This document shows, one piece after another, positions 9,388 through 19,361 of a stretch of DNA of 64,000 bases (its first letter is position 1; every line of letters begins with the position of its first letter). The translations under genes and the position numbers were made by a program. The stretch is from NCBI GenBank assembly GCA_965219995.1, contig CBDCOX010000002.1, forward strand, positions 800,001 through 864,000, read 5' to 3'. The notes beneath the pieces are model-generated. The model worked only from the letters and a program-made list of their open reading frames with translations, had not been told where the DNA came from and searched no databases. Source of the stretch: Candidatus Latescibacterota bacterium (GTDB lineage: Bacteria; Latescibacterota; UBA2968; GCA-2709665).

Positions 9388-9852
9388 TCAGTCTCCTGCT
9401 TGAGGGGAAGCGAGTTGCCGGAGTTCCTTTTCGAAGTCGCTCAGGTCCTTGAACTGTCTGTAGACCGATGCAAAACGGACATAGGCGACCTGGTCCAGGT
9501 CCTTGAGTTCGTTGATGACCAGTTCGCCGATATCGTTGGCCTCCACCTCCCGCTCGCCGGTGCCGCTCAGCCCGGCTTCGATCCGGTCTGCGATCTCTTC
9601 GAGCCGATCCGTAGAGATGGGCCGTTTGTTGCAGGCGAGATGCAACTTGGAAAAGAGCTTGTTCTTGTCGAAGGGTTCACGTCGACCGTCCGATTTGACA
9701 ACCATAAGCGGCGTGTCTTCGATGGATTCGTAGGTTGTAAACCGTCGACCGCAGCCCAGACACTCCCGGCGTCTGCGTATGGCCGTTGCCTCCTTGCTGG
9801 ACCTGGAGTCAACGACCTTGTCCTCCACTGTTGCACAGTAGGGACACCTCAT
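9388..9852 (-). CDS. nrdR: Transcriptional repressor NrdR
   Basis: MRCPYC...DSR...IRRRRECLGCGRRFTTYE, ATP-cone, VAYVRFASVY. Confidence 0.97.
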   Translation of the reverse strand: MRCPYCATVEDKVVDSRSSKEATAIRRRRECLGCGRRFTTYESIEDTPLMVVKSDGRREPFDKNKLFSKLHLACNKRPISTDRLEEIADRIEAGLSGTGEREVEANDIGELVINELKDLDQVAYVRFASVYRQFKDLSDFEKELRQLASPQAGD

Positions 9853-9888
9853 GCGAATTCTCCCGAAACTTCACGGAGAGCGGGGATA

Positions 9889-9969
9889 GGGACAGATATA
9901 GGGTCCTCGGGTTAAAGGACCCTATATTGTGGGGTAATGCTATTATAATACAAAATATTGAGTTGTCAA
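9889..9969 (-). promoter_or_regulatory. nrdR-nrdJ promoter with NrdR boxes
   Basis: Minus strand TTGACA (9969-9964)-N16-TATAAT (9947-9942); NrdR-box-like 16-mers at 9948-9963 (ataCaAaATaTtGagt), 9919-9934 and a weaker one at 9889-9904. Confidence 0.8.
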
Positions 9970-10092
9970 GGAGAAATTTCAATATTCCAATTCAACGATT
10001 TCAGGCTGGAATCCGGCGCACGCGCAGCGATGCGCGGGACCCTTCCCCGCCAAATGCATAGCAGCCCGTTCAGGCCCTGTTGCGCGTCTGTC

Positions 10093-12495
10093 TCAAGGAG
10101 ATGGCACGGCCAGGCTCCGGTCTTTAAACGCCAACCTCTTACCTGAAACGACCGCGTGTGAGAGGTAGCTGCCGTCGGAACGGGTCCTTACGATCGCGCA
10201 AATCGCATCCGTGCCAAGTTCGTCCGCACCGAACGTGCGGTACGAACCGTCTGAAATAACAATGTGGTCCACGATGCCGGCGTGTTCCACGAGCAGGTAG
10301 GCGGTGCCGTCCGGCCCGTCATTTTCACCGCGACGGACATTCACCCTGGGCAACGGCATGCTATCGAAGGGATAGAGAACCACGGCAAGGTCGTCCACCC
10401 GGCCGCTGCCGGAGGTCGTCTGGTCCAGCGATGCCCACCGGATGGGCTGCCGGGCGGGCCGAAGGTCCGTGATCCCGCCGAGATGCGCCATGCCGGTGCC
10501 CTGGCGCACGGCCGGGCCGTCGGGCGTAACCACAAGCAGGCCGGGCGCCGCGGCGGAGAACACGGCGCTACCGCCTCGCTGCAGCGGGGTGGGGGAGTGC
10601 AGCATGAACGAGGCCGTCCGGGACTTGCCGTCGGACGAGAACGCGTCGAATACCAGGAAGTAGGGATTCACCTCCTGTTCGGGACCCGTTGGTTTCAGGA
10701 ACAGAAAGTGCCGGCGATGCGCGACCCCCAGGGAGCGGTAGCCCTGGTGTTCGGCGGCAAAGTAGTCCATGCCCTCCCGGCTGCTCCACACCGGCTGCTC
10801 TCCCACAGCGGCCCGACGATCCAGGTTCCTGCCGTCGATCACCAGCATGTTATGTGCTTTGGAGGTAATATACCAGGGCCGGTGGAGCGGGTCGTCATAG
10901 CTGACGCCGAGGCCGGCGTCGACAGCCAGCGCCTTGCCGTAGGCGAACAGCTCGAAGCTGAGGATGTCATAGTGATAGTGCCCGCCTGCCCAGGGACCGT
11001 AATTGATGACCATATACGGACTGTTCCGCGTCCAATCCATGCGCATCACGGCGAAGCCCGACGGCCGGAAATCCATCGACGTTTCGGCAGGCGGCGCGAC
11101 GTCGTCGTCTATGTCGGCGCCCAGCAGGTTTCGGGCCACCCAGAGCATGTCGGGCCGATTGAAAACACGTCCGCCATCGACAAAGACATTGCGGTCGAAG
11201 CGTGCCCGACCACCGTCGTTCACAGCGGGCTGGGTGCCCAATGGGCTGATCAGGTACATCCAGTGGTTCAGGGTGCGTTCGAGGGGCGGACGCAGGGCCG
11301 AAGCGCGTTCGTCGTAGCCTCCGAACTCTTCCAGGAGGTGGGCGAGATTCCTCGGGTCGCGATAGGCGACATTGGAATAACTGGAAGGGCATCGTTCGGA
11401 GTGGCATCCGTCCTCGTAGAAATCTCTCTCGAGATGCTGCTCCATGCGAAAGACGCCAAGGGAGACCCAGCGGTCGGCGTCCCTGAACTCGGGGAAGTTG
11501 AGGCCCAACTCGGCCAGGGCGTAGGTCCCCATCACCTGCCAGTTGCCCGATCGGTATCCCTGCTTTTGCAATTCGTACAGCCAGCGCGACGAACCCAGGA
11601 AGTTTTTCAGGATCCGTTCATGAGTCGTTGGTGAGAGCCTGCCGCGATTCAGGCGGTAGAACTCCAGGAATACGCGGTTTCGACGGGCGCCGAGACCGAG
11701 TTCGTACCAGATCGGATCCTTGTCCTCGTATGCCCCCACGACGTCGTCACGCTGCTCGTACCACTGATTGAAGAGTTCGTCGAAGGCATCCAGATACTTT
11801 GTTTCACGCGTGCCCAGATACGCCCACAGCAGGGGCTGGGACCATTCCCAGTAGTGAAAACCGTATTTTCCGCCCCTGCCGTAGTCCGCGTTGAAATCCA
11901 CGACAGGACCGTGCTGGATGTTAACGCCGCCCCATCCCGTGATATTATGGGCGGCCAACCGGTCCGCCGCGGCGGTATACGATTTCGTGCTGAAGTACCG
12001 GAATGCTTCTTCGATGGTGTAGTAGGGTATTCCCGTATTGACATATGCATACCCGGGACGAGCGTCCCAGTAAGTACCCCACGCTTTGTAGGCGGCAGCG
12101 AAGTCCCCCTGTTCAACCGCGTGTTTCACATCCTCGAGTCCGACCCGGCTCAGGTCCATCGCGGCGAAGAGATCGGGGTCGCTGATGTGCTTGATCTGCT
12201 GATCAAGATAGACGGGATCTTCGCGGAGATCGGCTCTGGCCGCACCAAAGGCCTCTGCAAAAAGAATGAAGTCACGGAAGCCGACCTGCCCGTCGAGGTT
12301 CAAATCGAAACGGTCGTCGAAGGTGCCGTCGGACCGTGACGTACCATAGTGCCGGGCAAAGGCGACGAAGTCTGCGAAGTCCACAAGACCGTCGCCGTTG
12401 AAGTCTCCGGACAAACCGGACCAGGCGGCAGCGTGCATCAGCAGGGCAGCCGCGAGCGAGGTCAGGCGGTTCCAACGTACGACTCTGCTGGCCAT
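10093..12495 (-). CDS. Heparinase II/III family polysaccharide lyase with N-terminal dockerin/EF-hand-like module (paralog 2)
   Basis: Signal peptide; GDFNGDGLVDFADF...DLNLDGQVGF.DF; GNWQ, DGCHSE...Y, SGFAVMR, GGHYHYD.LSFEL, AHNML.IDG. Confidence 0.85.
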   Translation of the reverse strand: MASRVVRWNRLTSLAAALLMHAAAWSGLSGDFNGDGLVDFADFVAFARHYGTSRSDGTFDDRFDLNLDGQVGFRDFILFAEAFGAARADLREDPVYLDQQIKHISDPDLFAAMDLSRVGLEDVKHAVEQGDFAAAYKAWGTYWDARPGYAYVNTGIPYYTIEEAFRYFSTKSYTAAADRLAAHNITGWGGVNIQHGPVVDFNADYGRGGKYGFHYWEWSQPLLWAYLGTRETKYLDAFDELFNQWYEQRDDVVGAYEDKDPIWYELGLGARRNRVFLEFYRLNRGRLSPTTHERILKNFLGSSRWLYELQKQGYRSGNWQVMGTYALAELGLNFPEFRDADRWVSLGVFRMEQHLERDFYEDGCHSERCPSSYSNVAYRDPRNLAHLLEEFGGYDERASALRPPLERTLNHWMYLISPLGTQPAVNDGGRARFDRNVFVDGGRVFNRPDMLWVARNLLGADIDDDVAPPAETSMDFRPSGFAVMRMDWTRNSPYMVINYGPWAGGHYHYDILSFELFAYGKALAVDAGLGVSYDDPLHRPWYITSKAHNMLVIDGRNLDRRAAVGEQPVWSSREGMDYFAAEHQGYRSLGVAHRRHFLFLKPTGPEQEVNPYFLVFDAFSSDGKSRTASFMLHSPTPLQRGGSAVFSAAAPGLLVVTPDGPAVRQGTGMAHLGGITDLRPARQPIRWASLDQTTSGSGRVDDLAVVLYPFDSMPLPRVNVRRGENDGPDGTAYLLVEHAGIVDHIVISDGSYRTFGADELGTDAICAIVRTRSDGSYLSHAVVSGKRLAFKDRSLAVPSP

Positions 12496-12648
12496 TCAGA
12501 TTTCCGCTGTTTGCGGCCTCTTTGTGCGTACGACCTGGCAAACGGATGGATTGGATGACTCGCCTCCGCGGCGCTCCCTGACCCGACGCCGGACCGATCA
12601 ACCGTCGTCCGCTCAATTCCCGTACGGCGAAAACGGACGGATTTCGGC

Positions 12649-15060
12649 TCAGGGGGACGACACGTCGAGACGTACATCCCTGAACGTCAGCCTCGTGCCG
12701 GAAACGGCCGCGTGTGAGAGGTAAGCGCCGTCCGAGCCGGTCCTGACGACAGCGCAAATCGCATCCGTTTCAAGGTCGTCCGCGCCAAACGTGCGATAGG
12801 AGCCGTCGGAAATGATGATGTGATCCACGATGCCGCCGTGCTCCACGAGCAGGTACGCCGTGCCCGTCGGCCCTCCGTTCTCCCCGCGGCGGACCCCCAC
12901 TTTGGGCAGCGGCATCTGCCGGAAGGGATAGAGGACCACCGCGAGGTCGTCCACATGGCCGTCGCCGGAGGTCATCACGTCGAGTGCGGCCCACCTGATT
13001 GGCCGCCGGGCGGGGCGCTGGTTCGGAATGCCGCCGAGATGCGCCATTCCGGTGCCAAGTCGAATGGCAGGCGCATCGGGCGTAGCCACGTACAGGCCGG
13101 GCGCTCCGTTGGAGTATACGGCGGTTCCGCCTCGCTGCAGCGGGGTGGGGGAGTGCAGCAGGAAGGACGCCTTTCGGCGTTGGGCGTCTGAGGAGAACGC
13201 ATCGAATACCACGAAGTACGGATTCGCCTCCTGCGCGGGCTCCACGGGTTTCACAAACAGGAAATGCCGTCGATGGCGGACACCCAGTGATCGGTAACCC
13301 TGGTGTTCAGCGGCAAAGTAGTCGATGCCTTCCCGGTGGCTCCAAACGGGTTTCTCGCCGACGGCAATCCTGCGATCCAGGTTCGCGTCGTCAATCACGA
13401 GCATATTGTGCGCCATGGACGTCTTGTACCAGGGGCCGTGGAGCGGGTCATCGTAGCTGACACCGATCCCGGCGTCGACGGCCAGCGCGCTGCCGTACGC
13501 GAAGAGTTCGAAACTGAGTACGTCCGGATGGGAATGCCCGCCGCCGTACTCCCCGTAGTTGATGACCAGATAAGGACTCGCCCGCGTCCAATCCATTCGC
13601 ATCACGGCGAAGCCCGACGGCCTGAAATCAATCGACGTTTCGGAAGGCATCTCTACGGGGTCGTCGATGTCGGCGCCGAGCAGATTTCTGGCCACCCAGA
13701 GCATGTCAGGCCGATCGAAAGCGCGTCCGCCATCAATGAAGATGTTCCGGTCGAACCGGCCCCGGCCGCCGTCGTTGACGGCAGGCTGGGTGCCGAGGGG
13801 GCTGATCAGGTACATCCAGTGGTTCAGCGTGCGTTCCAGCGGCGGGCGAAGGGCGGCCGTCCGGTCTTCATGGCCGCCGAATTGCTCAAGGAGATAGGCC
13901 AGGTTTCGCGGGTCGCGGTAGACGATTGTGGAATAGCTGGACGGGCAACGCTCGGAATGGCAACCGTCTTCATAGAAGTCTTTCTGAAGGTGCTCTTCGA
14001 TCCGGTACACGCCCTGTGAGGTCCACCGTTGCGACTCCCTGAACTCCGGCATGTTGAGGCCCAGCTCCGCCAGGGCATAGGAGCCCATCACCTGCCAGTT
14101 GCCCGAACGGTACCCCTGCTTCTCCAGTTCGTACAGCCAGCGCGCCGACCCGAGGAAGTTCTTCAGAATCCGCTCGTGAGTCCGTACCGAAAGCCGTCCT
14201 CGGTTCAGGCGGTAGAATTCCAGGAATACGCGGTTCCGGCGCGAACCGAGGCCGAGTTCATACCAGATCGGGTCCAGGTGCGCGTAGGCGCCTTCAACGT
14301 CGTCACGCTGTTCGTACCACTGATTGAAGAGTTTGTCGAAAGCATCCAGATATTTCGTGTCCCGCGTGCCCATATACGCCCACAGAAGCGGCCCCGACCA
14401 ACCCCAATAGTGAAACCCGTATTTGCCGCTTCTGCCGTAATCCGCGTTGAAATCCACGACAGGACCGTGCTGGATCGTGACGCCGCCCCATCCGGTGATG
14501 TTGTGTGCGACGACGCGGTCCGCCGCCGCCGTATAGTTCCTCGTGCTGAAGTACTGGAATGCCTCATCGATGGTGTAATAGGGGACGCCGATGTTGATAT
14601 AGGCGAATCCGGGCCGGGTGTCCCAGTAGGTTCCCCACGCTATGTAGGCGGCGGCGTAGTCTCCCCGGTCGACGGCGCGTTTCACATCCTCGAGCCCGAC
14701 GCGGTTCAGATCCATCGCGGCGAAGAGATCCGGATCGCTGATATGCTTGATCTGTTGATCAAGGTAGACGGGATCTTCGCGGAGATCCGCTCTGGCGGCG
14801 CCGAAGGCCTCTGCAAAGAGAATGAAGTCACTGAAGCCGACCCGCCCGTCGAGGTTCAGATCGAAACGGTCGTCGAAGGTGTCGTCGGACCGGGACGTAC
14901 CAAAGTTCCTGGCAAAGGAGACGAAGTCCGCGAAGCCCACGAGACCGTCGCCGTCGAAGTCTCCGGACAGACCGGGCCAGGCGGTTGAGAACGTCAGTGC
15001 GACGACAAGAAACGGTACAAATCGATTCAGCCGCAGGCGTCGAGACGTCATCCTTGTCAT
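12649..15060 (-). CDS. Heparinase II/III family polysaccharide lyase with N-terminal dockerin/EF-hand-like module (paralog 1)
   Basis: Same motifs as 10093..12495 (here GGHSHPD); colinear over the whole length. Confidence 0.85.
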   Translation of the reverse strand: MTRMTSRRLRLNRFVPFLVVALTFSTAWPGLSGDFDGDGLVGFADFVSFARNFGTSRSDDTFDDRFDLNLDGRVGFSDFILFAEAFGAARADLREDPVYLDQQIKHISDPDLFAAMDLNRVGLEDVKRAVDRGDYAAAYIAWGTYWDTRPGFAYINIGVPYYTIDEAFQYFSTRNYTAAADRVVAHNITGWGGVTIQHGPVVDFNADYGRSGKYGFHYWGWSGPLLWAYMGTRDTKYLDAFDKLFNQWYEQRDDVEGAYAHLDPIWYELGLGSRRNRVFLEFYRLNRGRLSVRTHERILKNFLGSARWLYELEKQGYRSGNWQVMGSYALAELGLNMPEFRESQRWTSQGVYRIEEHLQKDFYEDGCHSERCPSSYSTIVYRDPRNLAYLLEQFGGHEDRTAALRPPLERTLNHWMYLISPLGTQPAVNDGGRGRFDRNIFIDGGRAFDRPDMLWVARNLLGADIDDPVEMPSETSIDFRPSGFAVMRMDWTRASPYLVINYGEYGGGHSHPDVLSFELFAYGSALAVDAGIGVSYDDPLHGPWYKTSMAHNMLVIDDANLDRRIAVGEKPVWSHREGIDYFAAEHQGYRSLGVRHRRHFLFVKPVEPAQEANPYFVVFDAFSSDAQRRKASFLLHSPTPLQRGGTAVYSNGAPGLYVATPDAPAIRLGTGMAHLGGIPNQRPARRPIRWAALDVMTSGDGHVDDLAVVLYPFRQMPLPKVGVRRGENGGPTGTAYLLVEHGGIVDHIIISDGSYRTFGADDLETDAICAVVRTGSDGAYLSHAAVSGTRLTFRDVRLDVSSP

Positions 15061-15132
15061 CCTGAGCGGTGGTCAACGGTTTCGATACGGCGGACTTTCC
15101 GCCGCAGGCTGCCGAAACCCATGCGATCCCCG

Positions 15133-16365
15133 TCATGACGGCGGAACCGTCTTCTTTTCGAAGACCGCGTTCCAGTCGGTACGGCCGGTGAACTGCATGG
15201 CCGTGAACAGGGTGGCGATGCACAGAATCGTAATGGCGAGGCCGGTATAGCCGGAGAAGAAAAACGAGTAAGAGAAGAGTACGAGATAGATGAACTGGCC
15301 CGCGGCGATCTCGACGAACGCGAGGCGCGTGCCCACAACGAGGCGCATGTACGACGTCACGAGGACAATCGAAACCGCGGAGGCCAGGAGAAAGGCATAG
15401 TGGATGAGCATGTGGTCGACCAGGTAGGCCAGCAACAGATGGAAACTGAAGAAGGCGGCCCCGATGAAAAAGTAGTGCATCGGGTGCAGGTCGACGCCGC
15501 GCACCGTGGCGAAGACAAAGAGCAGAAAGAAGAACAGAAACAGGGATACGGGTGCCGCGAAGACGACCTGCTGAACCCAGGGTCCGGGGTTGAGGCGGGC
15601 CGGGAAGACCAGGCCCAGATCGACGCCGGTGAGCAGATCTTCGTAGCGCCAGGTCAGGCGCCATCCGTCGGCGTCCCGGGTTTTCGAGACGGGCGATACG
15701 CTGTCATCCGGAAAGTCAATTTCGTCGAAGTCGGTCCGCATCACCAGTTCGAAGTCCGATACCTGGTTGACGCCATCCCCGAAACGGTACCGCCATTGGT
15801 CCTGACCCTGCGAGCGGTAGGATACGTGAACGGGAAGTTCCTGGCCTGGCGCGAGATCGAGGGGCTGGACCAGACGTCCGGAGCGGACGGGCACCCCGGC
15901 GATGCGTCGGCCGTCTACGCTTAAGGCAATATCGTCGTACACGGCGCGGCGCGCGGGCAAGGGCAGATCGAAGTAAATGTCCAGGATACGGTCGGTGGGG
16001 TTGGCCAGCGTGTACGTGGCGGCGAATCGGACCCGATAGGTGGAATACCATAGCAGGCCCTTTCGCCGGTGCTCGAGGGACAGGTCGACTTCAATGCGGC
16101 TGGCGTTGAGGCTCAGAAAGTGCTTCTCGTCCACCGTGCGCGTGACGGACTCGCCCTCGGGCCCGGGTTCGACCCGGGTGACGCGGTCCAGCCAGTAGAT
16201 TTGCGGGGCCTGCTGCGTCTGGGCCGTGCCCCAGAGTTGTCCCACAGAGTCTTTGAGTTTGTTGTCCTGTCGCGACGTGCGAAGGTGAATGGTCTGGCCC
16301 AGAATCAGCCACGCGACCGAAATACACAAATAAATGAAACCGACAGCGGCGATGCGCTGGATCAT
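15133..16365 (-). CDS. Inner membrane CreD-like protein
   Basis: One N-terminal TM, periplasmic domain (RRKGLLWY), several C-terminal TMs with LHPMHY motif. Confidence 0.65.
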   Translation of the reverse strand: MIQRIAAVGFIYLCISVAWLILGQTIHLRTSRQDNKLKDSVGQLWGTAQTQQAPQIYWLDRVTRVEPGPEGESVTRTVDEKHFLSLNASRIEVDLSLEHRRKGLLWYSTYRVRFAATYTLANPTDRILDIYFDLPLPARRAVYDDIALSVDGRRIAGVPVRSGRLVQPLDLAPGQELPVHVSYRSQGQDQWRYRFGDGVNQVSDFELVMRTDFDEIDFPDDSVSPVSKTRDADGWRLTWRYEDLLTGVDLGLVFPARLNPGPWVQQVVFAAPVSLFLFFFLLFVFATVRGVDLHPMHYFFIGAAFFSFHLLLAYLVDHMLIHYAFLLASAVSIVLVTSYMRLVVGTRLAFVEIAAGQFIYLVLFSYSFFFSGYTGLAITILCIATLFTAMQFTGRTDWNAVFEKKTVPPS

Positions 16366-16514
16366 GAGAACTCCCGCGCTTCGAGACGAGTAGGGGTTTT
16401 AGTTTGAACGCGTCGTCTGAAACGGAGTTCCATCGATAACCGACAGGAGCATTCCGTGCACGTTGCAAGGGATCCGGGAGACCGACCCGAAGCTCACGGA
16501 GCGATGCACGAAGT

Positions 16515-19361
16515 CTAAAGGTAATGTGAGAGACGAGCGTAAAGATATCTGCCCATGAAATCGTAGGTACTGGAATCCGAGGTGCCGAGAAAGCCGTTGA
16601 ATATCACCGCGGGCCGCTGGTTGAAGATATTGTTGATACCGACCGTCAAAACGGATGCGCCCATCCGTGTCCCGAGTCTGTAGGTTCCGTACAGGCCGAA
16701 GGTGCTGTTCGCGCTGACGTCGCGACTTACAGGCGTTTCCGACACGTCCTCGCGATACAGACCCTTGCAGTCGTCGTCCTCGCATTCCAGGAACCCTCCG
16801 ACGTACTTCCAGTTCAGGCCGAGAGAGACGCGCGGCTGACTCAGACCCGCCGTAAGCGCATGCCGCCACCTGGGAAATACCCCCAGATCGTAGTAACCCC
16901 TTCCCTTCACCAGTTCCAGGCCGCCGGGCGCCGGAACAAGCTGCTCGTATTTGAAAAGCAGATTGCTCTCCGTGCGGGTCGTTAGAATCCCCAGGGGCGT
17001 GTCGACCGTGTAATCCAGTTCGATGTCCAGTCCGCTGGTCTCGGTTTCACCCACGTTTGCGCCCTGCGAAAAGATGGTCGTAATCAGCTTCGTATTCGGG
17101 TCCCGTATGATCTGATCGCAGTAGGACGGCGTTTCCTGCGAATAGCAGTTACTCAGAATGAGCCCTGCAGGAAGCGCCCCGATCACATCCTCTATCTTAT
17201 TCGTATAGTAGCTGACGGCAACATCCAGGTTTTCGGCGTATTCAGGCTCGTAAACCACCCCCGCCGTAATCATGGCGGCGGTTTCCGGTTCCAGGTCGGT
17301 AGAGCCGCCGACTTTGGCCCGCAACTGCGCGCGTGCGTCTTCGAAGTCGGGCGGGACGCCGGCTGCCGCGCAATTCCTCTGTTGTTCGGCCGTCAGCGTT
17401 CGCGTGCTACCGGCTTCGTCCACCACGCTGCAGGGGTCGCTTACGAGCGGGAAAGCATCGCTCTGGCCGAGGAACATCTCCGCGATGCCGGGGGCGCGAA
17501 ACGCATTGGATATTGTCGCCCGGAGCGTCAGTCCCCGGGGGAGCACGCAGCGGGCGCCAGCCTCGTACGTCACGCCGCTCCCGAAGGTGTCATAGTCGAA
17601 TGCCCTGCCAGCCGCCGTCAGGTCCAGGCCAGCGGCTTCCGTCCGATATACCGGCACGGAAGCCTCCCCGTACAGGGCCCTTACCGAGTAGGTGCCTTCG
17701 GTGGATTCCTGCTTGCTGCCGGTCGTATTTCCCGATTTCGTTACCGGATCCGGGAGATAGGCACCAGCTTCCCAGCGTGAAGATGCCCCCGCCGCCACCG
17801 CCAGCGGTCCGGCCGGCAGTTCGGCGATCTGCCCGGTCAGGTTCAGCTGGAGGATCTTCTGTTTGGTGTAGCCCGTCGCGATTCCGGTATACTGGATATA
17901 GTCCAGCATTTCCTGAGTGATCGTCCCGGCGCCGTGCAGCAGATCAAGCGGAACGCAATCGCCGATGGCGGCGCATTCCTCGGCGGGCCCCAGTGCATGC
18001 GCGAGATTGCTGAGGATGAATCGACCTTCGTTGATATTGGTTCCCTCGCTGCGGCCGTACGAATACGACAGATCCGTGTCGAAACCCGAGATCGGATATT
18101 CCAGGCCAAGTACGACGCGGTAGGTGTTGATGTCCTGGAGGAAGTTGCGATTGCCCGCTTCGACGAACCGGCGGCGGACGTCGTAAAACTCCCGGCCGAA
18201 TTCATTGTAGACATTTGTGGAAGAAATCGAGAGGCCCTCGCTGATGATGAAGAGGGGGGTCGGGGCAAGCTTCTGGTCGGACTGCCGGTTTGTATAAGAG
18301 ACCTCGAAGAAGCCATTGGCCTCCGGGGCGAGTTCATAGGTGCCGCTGAGAAAGGTGGTGTATCGGGTCTGGGGCGTATAGAGGTAATTTTCCGGCTGGT
18401 AGTTGTACAGGTCGCCGCTGCCGTCCGATGAGTTGCCAGCCCAGTTGAACGGGCGCCATCCACCGTTGGGGTCGCGGTGGTAGTCGCCGGCTTCATCCCC
18501 GGCTGCAGAAACCACGGCCTGCCACGTCTCGTTACCGGGATCTTCGGTGCGGTCGATGATGTGACCTTCCGGCGTCGCCGAACTGCCGCTTGTGGCGTAG
18601 GTGCCGTCGTTTTTCCCCCAGTCGTAGGACTTGTCCTCGTTGCTGAAGGGCCGGTCGCCGGTCCATACGGGGCCCTGATTGTGGTAGCCGGCCGAAAACA
18701 GGACGCTGCCTTTTTCGCTCTTCAGACCGGCTGTCACGCTGACATCCAGCGTCTCGCCGTCGCCCTCGCCCGAAACACCCCGGTAGAATTCAAGCTCGAG
18801 ACCTTCGGTTTCGGCCCGTGTGATGACATTGACGACGCCGCCGACCGCGTCGGAGCCGTACACTGCCGACGCGCCGTCCTTGAGCACTTCGACGCGTTCA
18901 ACGGCCGAGGCAGGAATGGCATTGAGATCGACCGAGGAATTGGCGCCGGTGCCGCCCGGAACGAAGCGGCGGCCGTTGAGCAGCACCAGCGTTCGATGCG
19001 CGCCCAGCCCCCGGAGACTGATGCGCGTGGACCCGTCGCCGCCGTTGTTGGCCTGTGTATTGATGGCATTGGACTGGACGGTGAGGGTCTGCAGGACGTC
19101 TCCTATCGACGCCAGGCCCCGTACCTTGATTTCATCCCGGGACATGACAATGACCGGAGCCGGCGTAAGGTCGTCCTCGCTCTTGATCCGGGAGCCGGTC
19201 ACGGTAATGGTTTCCATCTCGTAGACCATAATCTCCTCGTCCTCGGCCTTTTCAACTTCCTCGACGTCTTCAACGTCTTCGGCAACCGCCGCGGTAACGC
19301 ACACTGTGCTGGCGAAAAAGACAACCAGCACGAACCACAAGACCTTGGCAGGGTTCTTCAT
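16515..19361 (-). CDS. TonB-dependent receptor
   Basis: Signal peptide from MKNPAK, TonB box ETITVTGSR, plug motifs SLRGLG..RTLVLLNGRR and ERVEVLKDGASAVYGSDAVGGVVNVIT, C-terminal GRYLYARLSHYL. Confidence 0.92.
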   Translation of the reverse strand: MKNPAKVLWFVLVVFFASTVCVTAAVAEDVEDVEEVEKAEDEEIMVYEMETITVTGSRIKSEDDLTPAPVIVMSRDEIKVRGLASIGDVLQTLTVQSNAINTQANNGGDGSTRISLRGLGAHRTLVLLNGRRFVPGGTGANSSVDLNAIPASAVERVEVLKDGASAVYGSDAVGGVVNVITRAETEGLELEFYRGVSGEGDGETLDVSVTAGLKSEKGSVLFSAGYHNQGPVWTGDRPFSNEDKSYDWGKNDGTYATSGSSATPEGHIIDRTEDPGNETWQAVVSAAGDEAGDYHRDPNGGWRPFNWAGNSSDGSGDLYNYQPENYLYTPQTRYTTFLSGTYELAPEANGFFEVSYTNRQSDQKLAPTPLFIISEGLSISSTNVYNEFGREFYDVRRRFVEAGNRNFLQDINTYRVVLGLEYPISGFDTDLSYSYGRSEGTNINEGRFILSNLAHALGPAEECAAIGDCVPLDLLHGAGTITQEMLDYIQYTGIATGYTKQKILQLNLTGQIAELPAGPLAVAAGASSRWEAGAYLPDPVTKSGNTTGSKQESTEGTYSVRALYGEASVPVYRTEAAGLDLTAAGRAFDYDTFGSGVTYEAGARCVLPRGLTLRATISNAFRAPGIAEMFLGQSDAFPLVSDPCSVVDEAGSTRTLTAEQQRNCAAAGVPPDFEDARAQLRAKVGGSTDLEPETAAMITAGVVYEPEYAENLDVAVSYYTNKIEDVIGALPAGLILSNCYSQETPSYCDQIIRDPNTKLITTIFSQGANVGETETSGLDIELDYTVDTPLGILTTRTESNLLFKYEQLVPAPGGLELVKGRGYYDLGVFPRWRHALTAGLSQPRVSLGLNWKYVGGFLECEDDDCKGLYREDVSETPVSRDVSANSTFGLYGTYRLGTRMGASVLTVGINNIFNQRPAVIFNGFLGTSDSSTYDFMGRYLYARLSHYL

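Larger units (their letters stand above)
10093..15060 (-). repeat. Tandem gene duplication (two ~2.4-kb copies)
   Basis: Long identical peptide blocks in both copies (e.g. ADLREDPVYLDQQIKHISDPDLFAAMDL, LRPPLERTLNHWMYLISPLGTQPAVNDGGR) and visible DNA similarity. Confidence 0.9.

Noticed and set aside
12496-12651. The two heparinase paralogs share a reading frame across a TGA
   Set aside because: A second in-frame TGA occurs 12 codons later, and the second gene has its own signal peptide.
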